From a bacterium (GTDB taxonomy: Bacteria > Patescibacteriota > Patescibacteriia > UBA1558 > UBA10009): DNA of 64,000 bases. Location of the stretch: positions 736,977 through 800,976 of the forward strand of contig JABHGM010000001.1 of the NCBI GenBank assembly GCA_018672055.1, in the 5' to 3' direction. The notes under the pieces are model-generated. The model was not told the origin of the DNA, searched no databases, and saw only the letters and a list, made by a program, of their open reading frames with translations. Both the position numbers and the translations under genes were made by a program. This document shows, piece after piece, positions 28,001-36,949 of this stretch; position 1 is the stretch's first letter, and the number at the start of each line of letters is the position of its first letter.

Positions 28001-29131
28001 AGCATCAGAACTAACATCATCACTACCTACTTCAAAATAACTAAAGTTACCAGCAGTAGCTGAATTTAAATCAGCAACTAAAGAAACAACCTTAGTTGTA
28101 CCTGCTGGTACATTAAAGTCTAGGTTAATAAATGTAGCTTTATGAGTAGAGCTATTTATAGACTTACCTGAGGTTAGTCTTGTAGCACCATCATAAATAT
28201 ATAAGTTGGAGAAATCACCAGTTGCACCAACACCTCTTCTGGTGAAGGTTAAACCGTCAAGATCAACAGCACCATCAGAAGAAGCAGTTACATTAATTTT
28301 CATTAAAGTAACACCAGTTGCTGATAATGGACCAACTTGTGCGCCAGGATTATCTGAAGCTAAAGCAACAGTTAAACCTGAACCACCAACTACTGTACCA
28401 GGATCGGTAGCACCAGTTGCTGGGTTTGCTAAAGCATCTTCTGTAGCTGTTACAGAAGTACCGTCGCTATATGCTGATAAATCAGTTACAGCAATAACAT
28501 AATCAGCATTAAAACGATTACCAGTCATACCTGCATCTGTTACAGGTCTCTTGGAATCGCCATCAATATAATATACTTGATCATCCATTTGAACCAAAGT
28601 ACCACTTGGGTAAGTTGATGCAGCAGTTAAAGCAGCGCCTGTTGCGCTATAACCACCTGCTAAGTAAGTAGGTACTGCGAAAATCATTGATTCCCAGTTA
28701 GCACCATACAAAGCAACAGCAGCTTCGGCTGAGTCAAGTTTGTGTAATAAACCATCAACAGCAACGCCATAAACTTCAGGAGTATTAGCAGTCAAAAATT
28801 GACTACCATCACTTGAAATTTCAACATACTGTAATAGTTTAGCACCAGGTCTTACGGTAACAGAAGCACCTAAAGTGTAAGAAGTCATTTCATCTTGAGC
28901 AACTGTGACGACATCGCCAAAGTCTTCATACCAAGACATAAATTCTCTTTCACTTGGAAAAGGATGCTTGAAACCGTCAGCGTCTAAATAATAGACAGCT
29001 GTATAACCTTCGGTTTTAATTAGATCTCCAGCTGAAGCAACGTTTTCGGCAGCAACAGGTGTAAAAGCTACACCCATTAAACCAATAACGGCAACCATGG
29101 AGATCAAGAAAGCTTTCTTGATTAAATTCAT
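25076..29131 (-). CDS. Large secreted S-layer-like surface protein
   Basis: 1351 aa with signal peptide; T/S/G/A/D-rich beta-type repeats; N-terminal GDLIK...AVYY...F-x-S-W repeats like those in CPR surface proteins. Confidence 0.75.
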   Translation of the reverse strand: MNLIKKAFLISMVAVIGLMGVAFTPVAAENVASAGDLIKTEGYTAVYYLDADGFKHPFPSEREFMSWYEDFGDVVTVAQDEMTSYTLGASVTVRPGAKLLQYVEISSDGSQFLTANTPEVYGVAVDGLLHKLDSAEAAVALYGANWESMIFAVPTYLAGGYSATGAALTAASTYPSGTLVQMDDQVYYIDGDSKRPVTDAGMTGNRFNADYVIAVTDLSAYSDGTSVTATEDALANPATGATDPGTVVGGSGLTVALASDNPGAQVGPLSATGVTLMKINVTASSDGAVDLDGLTFTRRGVGATGDFSNLYIYDGATRLTSGKSINSSTHKATFINLDFNVPAGTTKVVSLVADLNSATAGNFSYFEVGSDDVSSDAAINGSFPLVSNTLTLGSSVAGTITIAKNGTLANPTVAQQNAQIAQFKLTAGSAENLEISRITLYQAGSINSTYITDLELYQGADLLGTVSGITSNSLVVFDLSDSPFILEKNTNRIFKIYGDISGDSRNGDTTKIYLENTSDLLAVGSFYGYGAGVTSGDYDGVSGDADTTTLTVQGGQITVAKNGPQSSTVARGGTEVELLNFSITSGVNAELRKLRLELHNDSTDLDTDDDDTACDTSSNYISNVKIVDVDNGDSTSGVDCGTFTEISGSDAGIYYDYTDYFNFDAGQTRTFKVVADLNVSLSTTGNYYATLGSTGSTYTINTTDGIKNTDNNQWITDIVPTTHTTGNDMTVAAASLGIALASNAAGVTVVQGTEDVNLGEFAFNAGSGSDMTITGLTLYGYVGTDTTNVVVRRQDCGAAVYTTVNNLISSLALYDITADPDMTNNLNSTIESFASATGAATFSNVNWTIPGGETHVMRVVGDTVNTAYTNGCSVNKTVKINVATAAGVSINDDTGTDVTLTDNDGTAWAIADGNGSATLVASSYYVLISDAGTLNVTTESNPSIANVVAGTSDVPMLNLKFQAVNEAFNLNKVRIQQLQADGNRAVDSVTIGYMNEAGETITANNVEISGNADFNITTNPFYIPANTYRIMNVYFNIPAINQTNATYSGDEIYANFDSDANFEAKSADSGSTSLTAPSDTTDRAGSVMTVMGTVPTFTADNTTNASLINGPAELYRFQVSAPEGGTALSLKKLSFKLSLTDSVQTTSTLSLTNFQVYEGSSYSAATVLTQSDTATDGYQVYNGYGVTTTTANGTGTGGKLSASTGVVYQNYAGNTSSTSHDVIVVFNDDRLISAGSSKYFILKATAGNVNTGASSSDSISMYLNDGDSSTTAYNYITAHCDATGVSGVPGKFCLTDDASGTTDAAAYMIWSDNTGTNGNNTHADITADDSSSADWYNGYKIKTLDVTRVLN

Positions 29132-29436
29132 ATTTATTTCCTTTGTTAACTTATTTACTCAACTAATCTCTTAAAAACAATTAATTTACTCACACTATTT
29201 CTTAGTGATTTTGCATTTAAAATCTCGACCTTTACTAATTAATAATTAAGGTAATTGTTCCTAATATGAGACGAGCGCAAATAAATAAGCTTTATAATAT
29301 CGATTAGATTATAATTTAAATTTACTAATCGACTTATTAATTATTTAACACGTCCTTAAATTGGACATTATTAACACATTTTTAATTTACATAAATACTT
29401 AAATGGGATTTCCATTTAAGTAAACCATGTATATCT

Positions 29437-30618
29437 TTATTCAATTTCTATAACCTCTGAAGTACTTTCGTCTAATTTCTTTACTTCTATATCTTTTTCT
29501 TCACTTACACCTTTAACTTCTGATATTTCTTCTTCAATTACTTCTTCTTTAGTTATTTCAATTATTTTATCATTAACTTGATTTACTAAATTATTTCCTT
29601 CTTTAAGCTTTTCTAAAGTATCAACAAAATTCTCTTCTACTAATAGCTCACTGCTACTTACCATATATTTTTTAGCTTCTGAAACCTTTTTAAATAAATC
29701 ATTTAATGATTGTTTTTCAATATCAAATAATGGTTCTCTAACACAAATAGTGGTTCCGCCACTTCTTTCACATCTTCTATTACTTAAACCAACTTCTATT
29801 TCATTTAAACTTATAGTAATAACTTCAATCTTTTTATTAATTCTATTTATTTTATCATCAAGTAATGCTGTTAAATCTTCATTAGTAAATTCAATCTCTG
29901 CTATTTCTCCTGATTCTTGCTGTACAGCTAAAATCTTTATAGCATCTTGTTCTGCATTTTCTGAAGAATCAATAACTTCAGCAATTATCTGTTCTACATT
30001 CTCTAATTGAATATCCTCATTTACTTGATTTAAAACTTCAACTGCGTCTTTACTATCAATAGTTATTTGTTTAGCTAAATCAGCAACTTTATCTGATTCT
30101 TCATCTGCTTTATTTACTATACTCAGTGACGCACTAGCTGATGATAAATCTTGTTTTAATTTAGAAACAACAGTATTAATGTATTCTTCTTTTTCTGCTT
30201 TAGTTAAGTTTTCTGACTGAGCTAACTTAATAACTTCATCTTTTCTATTTTGTACATGTTTTAAATGAATTGCAGCTTCTTGATATGAAGACATAGCTAA
30301 AACTAATTCAATCTTTTCTATAGTCTTTTTAACAAAGTATAATGTTCTATCTGGTCTATATTCTGCTTTAGCAGCAAGTCCAGTTGAACCAAGTAAACCA
30401 AATATTAATAATGTAGCCATAATCTTACTTGGAGCTGGTACAAATCTTTTTTGCCAGTCAATCATTAAAACCTTGAAATGATATGTCCAAGGTGTTTGAT
30501 AGGTGATAGTGTCTCTATCAACTTTTTTAACTAAAAAATCACGAGTTGAATTTAACCATTCTTCTCGTGGTTCGATACTATCTAATTTATTAAATTGTCT
30601 AGTAATACGTTCTGGCAT
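29437..30618 (-). CDS. DUF5667-like membrane protein, putative anti-sigma factor
   Basis: P-D-x-x-L-Y-x-V-K-x-x-x-E motif after a transmembrane segment; directly downstream of the ECF sigma gene. Confidence 0.65.
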   Translation of the reverse strand: MPERITRQFNKLDSIEPREEWLNSTRDFLVKKVDRDTITYQTPWTYHFKVLMIDWQKRFVPAPSKIMATLLIFGLLGSTGLAAKAEYRPDRTLYFVKKTIEKIELVLAMSSYQEAAIHLKHVQNRKDEVIKLAQSENLTKAEKEEYINTVVSKLKQDLSSASASLSIVNKADEESDKVADLAKQITIDSKDAVEVLNQVNEDIQLENVEQIIAEVIDSSENAEQDAIKILAVQQESGEIAEIEFTNEDLTALLDDKINRINKKIEVITISLNEIEVGLSNRRCERSGGTTICVREPLFDIEKQSLNDLFKKVSEAKKYMVSSSELLVEENFVDTLEKLKEGNNLVNQVNDKIIEITKEEVIEEEISEVKGVSEEKDIEVKKLDESTSEVIEIE

Positions 30619-30623
30619 TTTAT

Positions 30624-31148
30624 TTAAGTAAATTTTTGTAATTCTTTTATTGCCCTGTGGATAATTACTCTAACGTTGCCACTGGACTTATCAACTATTT
30701 TAGATATTTCTTTTATACTAAACCCTTCTATATATCTAAGAACTATAATTTCTCTTTGATCGCTTTTTAAAGAAGCTATTAATCTTTCTAAGTTCTGCTT
30801 ATCTATCTCTTTGTCAGGATCTATTTTTAATTGATCTGGTATATCCTCAGAGTCATAGATTAAAGGCAATTCTTCTTTTTCACGTGTTCTATAATAATCA
30901 ATTATTAAATTTCTAGCTGTTCTATATATAAATGGTTTAAATTGCTTTATCTTCTTTCCTTCTAATATATACTCCCAAACTTTAAGGAAAGCCTGACTAG
31001 CTAAATCTTCTGCTATTTCTTCGGTAGCTACTTTAAAGTATATAAACCTATATATAGGTTTTGAATACTTATCGAATAACTCACCATAAGCTTCAGAGTC
31101 ACCCCTGCTAGCCTTAAAAAGAATTAATTTTTCATTATCTATAGACAT
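30624..31148 (-). CDS. ECF (sigma-24 family) RNA polymerase sigma factor
   Basis: Region 2 (AEDLASQAFLKVW, FIYRTARNLIIDYYR) and region 4 HTH. Confidence 0.92.
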   Translation of the reverse strand: MSIDNEKLILFKASRGDSEAYGELFDKYSKPIYRFIYFKVATEEIAEDLASQAFLKVWEYILEGKKIKQFKPFIYRTARNLIIDYYRTREKEELPLIYDSEDIPDQLKIDPDKEIDKQNLERLIASLKSDQREIIVLRYIEGFSIKEISKIVDKSSGNVRVIIHRAIKELQKFT

Positions 31149-31155
31149 TAAATAA

Positions 31156-31181
31156 GACGGTAAAAACTAAAAAATGTTACA
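31156..31181 (-). promoter_or_regulatory. Putative autoregulatory ECF promoter (leaderless transcript)
   Basis: TGTAAC-16 nt-CGTC, ending 7 nt before the sigma factor ATG. Confidence 0.65.
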
Positions 31182-31490
31182 AACATAAGTATATATTATG
31201 TAATAAATTTTGTCTATAGTCAAATAGAATTATAGAAATGGCTAATATTAGCTAAATTATAAAATGGCTGTTAATAAAATAAAAAAAGTTAGATTTTATG
31301 CTTTATCAATTAAACCCAATATTAATCAAATAATTGTTAAATTTTATGTAAATAAGAATACAAAGTGAATACTTAAATACAGATAATATATCTTGTACTT
31401 CTACTGTAATCTAGAAGTAAGTAATATATTTATATTACTATTAACATTTTACTTCTAGAATATTCTACAAATAAATGGTAATATATAAAT

Positions 31491-31790
31491 ATGATTAATA
31501 AAACTAAATTTAGTATGCCTTTAAGAGTCTCTGTAAGTGAAGCTGCCAGACTTTTTGGTGTTTCAACTAAAACTATTCGTACAGCTATAAAAAATGAAGA
31601 CTTACACTACATCGTAGTAAATGGTAGATATAAGCTGAACTTTGATAGTCTTATCAAATGGTCTCAGTTATCCACAAGGCGTCATACTCAATTTAACAAT
31701 CAAGGCTTAGGTCAGTATGTGGATAAATGGAAAATTACTAATAAAAAATATAGTCCTAATCCAGAACTAATAAAAAAGTTAAAATCTTAA
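31491..31790 (+). CDS. Excisionase-like / HTH_17 DNA-binding protein
   Basis: VSVSEAARLFGVSTKTIR HTH. Confidence 0.75.
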   Translation: MINKTKFSMPLRVSVSEAARLFGVSTKTIRTAIKNEDLHYIVVNGRYKLNFDSLIKWSQLSTRRHTQFNNQGLGQYVDKWKITNKKYSPNPELIKKLKS

Positions 31791-32998
31791 TCTATTTTTC
31801 TAAAACCTATCCTATCACGTGCAATATCTTCAGTTTTCCACATCCTGCCTAAATGAATAGCGTAATCTCCATATACGTTATTTATGTTATCCACAAGCCT
31901 GCTTATTCTTGGATCTTCAGTAATAAATAATGAAAGCTGATTATTTCTAGGGACTAAATTAAAGACTCCTACAGCTAGCATTCTAACCTTATCCTTTAAC
32001 TCAGTATCCCTTAAAACCTTTACAGCTTTATTAAATATAACTTCTGTTGATGTAACAGAAGTTTTTAGTTTAAAACGTTTACCATAACCCTGTATACTAT
32101 AATCAACATAGGTCCAATAAATATAAATACCTTGGGCTAATTGATCTCTGGATCTTAAACGTTTACCTACACGATGTGTTAATTTGTATAGTACCTTCTC
32201 TAAGTACTTTTTATCACGTGTCCAATTAGGTACACAGTAGGAATGGCCAATAGATTTACTTAAGAGCTGATCCTGATCTCTTAAGTAATCAATTTCTAAT
32301 CCATTAACTTTAGCCCATAAAAAATAGCCAGGTTTACCAAGGGCTTGAATTAAATTTTGAATAGGGGATTTTTTTAATTCATTTATAGTATAAATACCTA
32401 TAGCATTTAAACGTTCTTCTAATTTAATATTTATACCCCAAATATCTGTTAACTTATACCTCTCAAACCACTGAGAAAGCTCATTTTTTGACTTAAGAGA
32501 CCTTATTTCATCAACTCCTATAACATCAGAAACAAATTTAGCTAAAAACTTAGTATAGGATATACCAATAGAACATTTAAGGTATGAACCAATTTCTTGC
32601 TTAATACGTATATTCATTTCTTGAGCTAATTTAAAAGCCTCATCATAATCATGAGCTACACCTGTTAAATCTAAAAAAGCTTCATCTATACTATATGGTT
32701 CAAAATCTTCAGAATATGAAGTCATTATGTTAAAAAACTTCTTGGTAACAGTCCTGTATTTATTAGGATCGTTTTCAAGAAGTATGATGTTTGGATATAG
32801 TTGTTTTGCTTTCTTTACTAAGCAACCAGTCTTAATACCTACTTTTTTAGCTTCAATAGATGAAGCTACAATACAACCGTTGTTTGATAAGTAGGCACAA
32901 ACGCCTACTGGTTTACCTCGAATAAATGGATTTGCTTGTTGCTCAACTGTAGCAAAATACGAATTCATATCCAAATGTAAAATAATTCGTTTAGCCAT
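31787..32998 (-). CDS. dinB: DNA polymerase IV (Y family)
   Basis: HLDMNSYFATVEQ, YSIDEAFLD and KSIGHS motifs. Confidence 0.92.
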   Translation of the reverse strand: MAKRIILHLDMNSYFATVEQQANPFIRGKPVGVCAYLSNNGCIVASSIEAKKVGIKTGCLVKKAKQLYPNIILLENDPNKYRTVTKKFFNIMTSYSEDFEPYSIDEAFLDLTGVAHDYDEAFKLAQEMNIRIKQEIGSYLKCSIGISYTKFLAKFVSDVIGVDEIRSLKSKNELSQWFERYKLTDIWGINIKLEERLNAIGIYTINELKKSPIQNLIQALGKPGYFLWAKVNGLEIDYLRDQDQLLSKSIGHSYCVPNWTRDKKYLEKVLYKLTHRVGKRLRSRDQLAQGIYIYWTYVDYSIQGYGKRFKLKTSVTSTEVIFNKAVKVLRDTELKDKVRMLAVGVFNLVPRNNQLSLFITEDPRISRLVDNINNVYGDYAIHLGRMWKTEDIARDRIGFRKID

Positions 32999-33239
32999 TG
33001 TTATACATTGTTGATAAGGTCCAAGTTAAAGTTAATGGATTAAATATTAATTGAAAATAATTTACTTTATCTGTAACAGAGAAGTGGTAGAGTAGACCTT
33101 TACCATTTTGAGACGTATGAATAAAATGTACTTTATCTACCTTGTATATTTTACGACGCCAACTAAAGAACTTAGGAAATATTTCACTTTTCTTAAAACT
33201 AGCAACTACTTCTATACTTTCATTTATCTTATCGTACAT
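32991..33239 (-). CDS. Small protein in the SOS operon (DUF6504-like)
   Basis: P-x-x-F-x-W-x-x-x-x-Y-x-V pattern; sits between lexA and dinB; start moved to the ATG at 33239. Confidence 0.65.
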   Translation of the reverse strand: MYDKINESIEVVASFKKSEIFPKFFSWRRKIYKVDKVHFIHTSQNGKGLLYHFSVTDKVNYFQLIFNPLTLTWTLSTMYNNG

Positions 33240-33243
33240 AATA

Positions 33244-33861
33244 TTAAACAGTTGCAAATTTTCTAATAACAGCTCTTACTATCCCCTGAATTAATGGATC
33301 CTTAGCATAGATAGGTTTCATAGTAGCATTAGCTGGTTGTAAACGTATTCTATTGTTTTCCTTATAAAACTTCTTTAAAGTTGCATAAGCATTATCAAGT
33401 AAAGCAACTACTACATCCCCATTCTGTGGGCTATGATTTCTTTCTACTATTACATAATCTCCATCCCAAATACCCTCATCTATCATAGATTGACCCTTAA
33501 CACGTAATACATATGAGTTATCAGAATTAGTTACAAAATCAGCAGGTATAGCCATGGTCTCATTACCTTCAACAGCTTCAATTGGTTTACCAGCTGTAAT
33601 AAGTCCTACAAGTGGTAAATCAATAGCTATAGCATCACGGTAACTTGATAACATAATAGGTTCTAAAGCTCGTTTTTGGTTCTTAAACGACTTTAAATAG
33701 CCTTTACCTTCTAAAGCCTTAATATGCTGATGAATAGTAGCAGAAGAAGAAACTCCTAAATTATCAGCAATTTCTAAATAGCTTGGAGCATATGAATTAT
33801 CATCAATATATTGATTTACATAATCCAAAACTTCTTTTTGTCTTTTAGTTAATTTTTCCAT
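33244..33861 (-). CDS. lexA: SOS repressor LexA
   Basis: wHTH (LTKRQKEVL...PSYLEI), Ala-Gly cleavage site (ITAGKP), catalytic GQSM and TLKK. Confidence 0.95.
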   Translation of the reverse strand: MEKLTKRQKEVLDYVNQYIDDNSYAPSYLEIADNLGVSSSATIHQHIKALEGKGYLKSFKNQKRALEPIMLSSYRDAIAIDLPLVGLITAGKPIEAVEGNETMAIPADFVTNSDNSYVLRVKGQSMIDEGIWDGDYVIVERNHSPQNGDVVVALLDNAYATLKKFYKENNRIRLQPANATMKPIYAKDPLIQGIVRAVIRKFATV

Positions 33862-33910
33862 ATTTTTTGTTTTAATTATTAGTTATCCCCATATCCCTTT
33901 TTATATATTA

Positions 33911-33940
33911 ATTATATACCGAAAGTTAACCGAAAGTCAA
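33911..33940 (-). promoter_or_regulatory. lexA promoter with a Patescibacteria-type LexA box
   Basis: TTGACT-TTCGG-TTAACT-TTCGG-TA-TATAAT: direct repeat TTCGG-N6-TTCGG between -35 and -10. Confidence 0.85.
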
Positions 33941-33956
33941 GCATTACTCCCCTGTA

Positions 33957-33985
33957 TTGACAAAATAGCTTAAATATATTAAAAT
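33957..33985 (+). promoter_or_regulatory. Sigma70-type promoter
   Basis: TTGACA-17 nt-TAAAAT. Confidence 0.6.
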
Positions 33986-34095
33986 ACTCTAATCATTTTA
34001 TATACTGAAATGATTATTTTAAACATATAAAGTATCTATTAATATAGATAAATGGTTAAAAGCTCATTGAAAATAATACATAAGAAAGGAAAAAG

Positions 34096-36885
34096 ATGAG
34101 AAATCTTTTTGTCTTACTCATAGTTAATATTGGCCTGATGTTTGGAACAGAATGGTATGTAGATGTAAATGCCTCTAGCAGTACTGAGGTCGGTACTGAA
34201 GAAAATCCATTTCTTACAATTCAAGATGGACTTGACGCATGTTCTGCTGATGATGAAGTCTCTGTTTCCGATGGTACTTACGATGAAAATCTAGCATGGC
34301 CATCTGTTGATGGAATTCAATTAATTGGTAACCCATCGGATGCTAGCGCTGTAATAATTGACGGTGATCTAGGGCATAATAGTGTTATTCAATTTAATTT
34401 TGAATCTGCAGGAACTATTACTAATTCAACATTATTAGATGGATTTACATTAATTAATGGTTTTGGTGTTCAAGGTGCTCAATCCGGAAATGGACATTAT
34501 TACTATGGTGCTGGAGTATATATAAAATATGCAAATCCAGTATTAAATCATATTAATATGAGTGACACAGACACTACTACTGAACCTGCTGACAGAATAT
34601 ATGGTGGTATATATTGTTTGAATTCTACTGTTGTAATAAATAACTTAGAGTCTTCAAATAATGGCGGTATAGTACAACATCATAATGGAACTACACTGTA
34701 TGCTGATAATTCCAACGTAACTATGTCTGATGTTATAATGACAGATAACTTTGGCTACTATGATATTAAAGGAACAGATGGTTCAAACATTACTTTAATT
34801 AATATTGAAGGAACTAATCACTCCAATACTTATAGTACTTCTGTAATAAATATCTATGATGAATCTAGTCTTAATATTACTTCTGGTTCATTCCATGACA
34901 ATGATTTTATAAATAATTCTAGTTCAGTTATAAGCTCATACAACTCTGATTTTACTCTTACTGATGTATTGATAGAAGATAATACTTGTGCTCCAGGTTA
35001 TGATTGTAGCGTCATTCAGGTGAATGATAATGATGAAATCGAAAGAACACAAAATCTTGTTAATGTTAATATAAAAAATAGTGATAACTTTGAATTTCTT
35101 ATGTGGATTGATGCTGATGAAGTAAATATAACAAACTGTGAAATAACTGAAAATGATATGACAATTGCTGCAATAATTTCTATATCTATAAACACGCTGA
35201 ATATTGTTAATTCTACTATAGCAGGTAATAATTCTGGTTATGGAATATACCAAACGTCTGGAGGAACTATTACATTAACTAACTCAATACTTGATAATAT
35301 TAATAGTGGTTATGAAATTAAGCTTAGAAATTTCGATGACCCATTGAGCATATTAATTGCTGATTACAATCTAGTAGAAAATGGTGAATTAGCTATTGAA
35401 ACATGGGGAGATTCTTGGGCAACTGAACCGGTGACTTCCTGGGGAAGTCATAATATTGAAGATGAAGGTCCTGAATTTGTTGGATATTTAACTGGTAACT
35501 ATGATTTAACTCCAGAATCACCTTGCATTGATACAGCAGATCCTAATCTTGATGGCGATGCTTTTGCCTGGAATGAGGATGAAGATGATCAAGATCCAGA
35601 TGGTACAAGAATGGATATGGGTAGTAATTACCTTCATCAAGATTTCCAAGAAATAACTTCCATAGTTGATGCTCCTGGAACTCCAAATGATGAAGTAGTT
35701 ATTAATTGGAATAAACATTCAAGTGATCAAGTATCCTATCCAGGTGTTCATCACTACACTGTTTGGAGATATCTGCCAGATGGTAGAGGCTGGGATGAAT
35801 TAGATGATACTAATGCTTCTGGCTCTACTTCATACTCAGATTTTGCTCCAACATTCTATGATCCTGCAGTTGGTAATGACTTTACTCTTTATAAAGTACT
35901 TGCTTACAGATATGAATCTGGTTGGCCTTTCTGGGAGAGTGAAACTATGTATGGTACATCAGATGGTGCAAAAGGTGATATTGATTTTAATCAAGCTGTT
36001 GATGTAGTAGATCTGGTAATGATGGTTGCATTTATCCTAGAAACAAATACTCCTAATAATTATGAAGCATGGGCTGGTGACTTGAATGATGATGATGCAA
36101 TTGATGTTCTTGATATTGTAATGGCTGTTACGCTAATTCTAGATGAAACCATGATTGAAGATGATGGTGGATCTACTATTGTTGAAAGAATCATTAAACC
36201 AAAGAGTGGTAATCCTCCATATGAAATGCAAGTTAATATGACAACTACAGCTGTAGTTCCCGGTATTCAACAAGAGATACAAATTGATGCTGGTTACAAA
36301 GCAACAGCAGTTTATGCTGGAAGCTATGCAACATCTGCAGATATGGTACTCGCCTATTCATTATCAACTGATGGTTACACTGTTAAATATTTGTACTATG
36401 GTCCAGATGGAGAAGAATTTCCAATTGGTAATGGTAGAATATTGAATATTGATTTAATCTATGAAGGAGTAAGTAGGAATAACTTTATTCTAATCGATTC
36501 AGAAACTACTTCTGAGCTACTTGTAGCTGGTCGTGGTGGTCATGAAAAAGAAAGTTATGAAGTACCTCATGATGAATTTGTTAGGTTAGTTAATGAACAG
36601 GAATTAAGTATTATCACTCCTAATAAATATACACTGTTTCCTGCCTATCCTAATCCATTTAATCCAGAAACTACTATTTCCTATCAATTACCTCAAAATG
36701 ATGAGGTTAGCGTAATAATTTACGATATGATGGGAAGAGAAGTTACTGAATTAGTTAATGGACATCAAGTATCTGGATATCATCAGATACAATGGAATGC
36801 AAAGAATATATCATCTGGTATATACTTTGTTAAAATGATTGCTGGTAACAATATCAGTAATCAAAAAATTATCTTATTAAAATAA
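34096..36885 (+). CDS. Secreted beta-helix protein with dockerin-like repeats and a T9SS/FlgD-type C-terminal domain
   Basis: Signal peptide; PFLTIQDG...V-x-x-G-T-Y-x-E; SPCIDT...DPDGTRMDMG; GDIDFNQAVDVVD and GDLNDDDAIDVLD; YPNPFNPETTISY...SSGIYFVKM. Confidence 0.85.
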   Translation: MRNLFVLLIVNIGLMFGTEWYVDVNASSSTEVGTEENPFLTIQDGLDACSADDEVSVSDGTYDENLAWPSVDGIQLIGNPSDASAVIIDGDLGHNSVIQFNFESAGTITNSTLLDGFTLINGFGVQGAQSGNGHYYYGAGVYIKYANPVLNHINMSDTDTTTEPADRIYGGIYCLNSTVVINNLESSNNGGIVQHHNGTTLYADNSNVTMSDVIMTDNFGYYDIKGTDGSNITLINIEGTNHSNTYSTSVINIYDESSLNITSGSFHDNDFINNSSSVISSYNSDFTLTDVLIEDNTCAPGYDCSVIQVNDNDEIERTQNLVNVNIKNSDNFEFLMWIDADEVNITNCEITENDMTIAAIISISINTLNIVNSTIAGNNSGYGIYQTSGGTITLTNSILDNINSGYEIKLRNFDDPLSILIADYNLVENGELAIETWGDSWATEPVTSWGSHNIEDEGPEFVGYLTGNYDLTPESPCIDTADPNLDGDAFAWNEDEDDQDPDGTRMDMGSNYLHQDFQEITSIVDAPGTPNDEVVINWNKHSSDQVSYPGVHHYTVWRYLPDGRGWDELDDTNASGSTSYSDFAPTFYDPAVGNDFTLYKVLAYRYESGWPFWESETMYGTSDGAKGDIDFNQAVDVVDLVMMVAFILETNTPNNYEAWAGDLNDDDAIDVLDIVMAVTLILDETMIEDDGGSTIVERIIKPKSGNPPYEMQVNMTTTAVVPGIQQEIQIDAGYKATAVYAGSYATSADMVLAYSLSTDGYTVKYLYYGPDGEEFPIGNGRILNIDLIYEGVSRNNFILIDSETTSELLVAGRGGHEKESYEVPHDEFVRLVNEQELSIITPNKYTLFPAYPNPFNPETTISYQLPQNDEVSVIIYDMMGREVTELVNGHQVSGYHQIQWNAKNISSGIYFVKMIAGNNISNQKIILLK

Positions 36886-36907
36886 GATAAAATGTCTTTT
36901 TAAAGAC

Positions 36908-36938
36908 AAAAAGCCTTAGGTAAACCTAAGGCTTTTTT
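36908..36938. terminator. Bidirectional terminator
   Basis: AAAAAGCCTTAGG-TAAA-CCTAAGGCTTTTTT. Confidence 0.85.
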
Positions 36939-36949
36939 ATATACTATTC

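Noticed and set aside
31491-31790. Prophage or ICE suggested by the excisionase-like gene
   Set aside because: No integrase, att site, or phage/conjugation genes nearby.
28206-36007. Short ORFs 28206-28502, 29750-30010, 34936-35253, 35518-35718 and 35804-36007
   Set aside because: Shadow ORFs inside the S-layer-like, DUF5667-like and secreted protein genes.
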